A stretch of DNA of 22,523 nt. Origin: Promethearchaeota archaeon. GTDB lineage: Archaea; Asgardarchaeota; Lokiarchaeia; Sigyniarchaeales; SOKP01. Positions 22,033 to 22,523 of this stretch are shown piece after piece. The stretch's first letter is position 1. Every line of letters starts with the position of its first letter. The stretch is from the NCBI GenBank assembly GCA_016839745.1, contig JAEOTS010000052.1, forward strand, positions 1 to 22,523. The letters are read 5' to 3'. The notes under the pieces are model-generated. The model saw nothing but the letters and a program-made list of their open reading frames with translations, was not told the origin of the DNA and ran no database searches. A program made the translations under genes and the position numbers.

Positions 22033-22523
22033 ATGAATTTCAATAACATTTTTGCTTTAAGGTTAAAAAGTAAAAGGAGAAATAGAAATACTAAAATTCT
22101 CTTTTGCACTTTCTTCCTTGTTCTGTTTATTTTTAATGTTTTCTATTTTAATGATAATCTATTACAAGATGGCAACTCTGAGAGAAACGAATTTTCTCAC
22201 GATGATAATAATTTTGATACAATTGACCTTGGCCTGTCAGCAGGTCCAGAAATTTTTGTAGATCCTTTTAAAGTTAATTTTACCAAGATTTGGAATTTTT
22301 TTAATTCTAAGTATAAATCCGATATAGATATGGATATAGAAACGTACTATAGAAAAGGTAATAATCTAGGAGTAGTAACTGATGATAAAGTATACTCTGT
22401 TGACAATCTGTTACTATATAAAACTTTACTGAAGGATGATATAGATGCATTTGACACTTTTGATTCATATTTAAAATTGAGAGATTCACCCTTATGGTAT
22501 CAAAATAGCGTTGATCCAAATGA
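22033..22523 (+). CDS. Secreted or N-terminally membrane-anchored protein, 5' part; runs off the window's right edge
   Basis: Not in the ORF track. ATG 22033 is open to the end: MNFNNIFALRLKSKRRNRNTKILFCTFFLVLFIFNVFYFNDNLLQDGNSERNEFSHDDNNFDTIDLGLSAGPEIFVDPFKVNFTKIWNFF...SPLWYQNSVDPN. It has a basic n-region, a hydrophobic h-region and an N-F-T sequon. Confidence 0.82.
   Translation, partial: MNFNNIFALRLKSKRRNRNTKILFCTFFLVLFIFNVFYFNDNLLQDGNSERNEFSHDDNNFDTIDLGLSAGPEIFVDPFKVNFTKIWNFFNSKYKSDIDMDIETYYRKGNNLGVVTDDKVYSVDNLLLYKTLLKDDIDAFDTFDSYLKLRDSPLWYQNSVDPN

Noticed and set aside
22307-22519. 70-aa minus-strand ORF
   Set aside because: It is antisense to a longer open plus-strand frame (from 22033) with a convincing signal/anchor N-terminus.
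1-22523. tRNA, rRNA, CRISPR array, IS elements, tandem repeats
   Set aside because: All spacers are about 200 bp or shorter and very AT-rich. No cloverleaf, regularly spaced repeats or transposase was seen by eye.

Overview
AT-rich (roughly 30% GC by eye), gene-dense archaeal window. The gene content and style suggest Asgard archaea (Lokiarchaeia/Promethearchaeota-like); this is inference, not a taxonomic computation. Bases 1-7772 form a compact acyl-CoA catabolic cluster: partial CoA ligase, SDR, a BKACE/Kce-family beta-keto acid cleavage enzyme, two DUF35 Zn-ribbon/OB-fold proteins, two non-canonical thiolase-fold proteins (Ltp3/Ltp4-like) and a divergent acyl-CoA dehydrogenase. It is followed by a YprB-like RNase H-fold nuclease, FAD glycerol-3-phosphate dehydrogenase, a membrane protein, an AmmeMemoRadiSam radical SAM enzyme, a C_GCAxxG_C_C protein and two TPR proteins. 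Next come four minus-strand genes (7TM protein, split-head coiled-coil protein, GNAT, HGSNAT/DUF1624-like membrane protein), a divergent glycyl-tRNA synthetase and the start of a secreted or membrane-anchored protein. The best candidate for an undescribed system is the lipid cluster, whose active-site substitutions jointly suggest a retro-aldol plus beta-keto-acid-cleavage route for beta-branched acyl chains. Smaller observations include a 15-codon relic of an SDR paralog, a probable ACG start codon, an identical 17-nt SD-containing junction ending both thiolase genes, and several intergenic inverted repeats. No rRNA, tRNA, CRISPR array or mobile element was seen.
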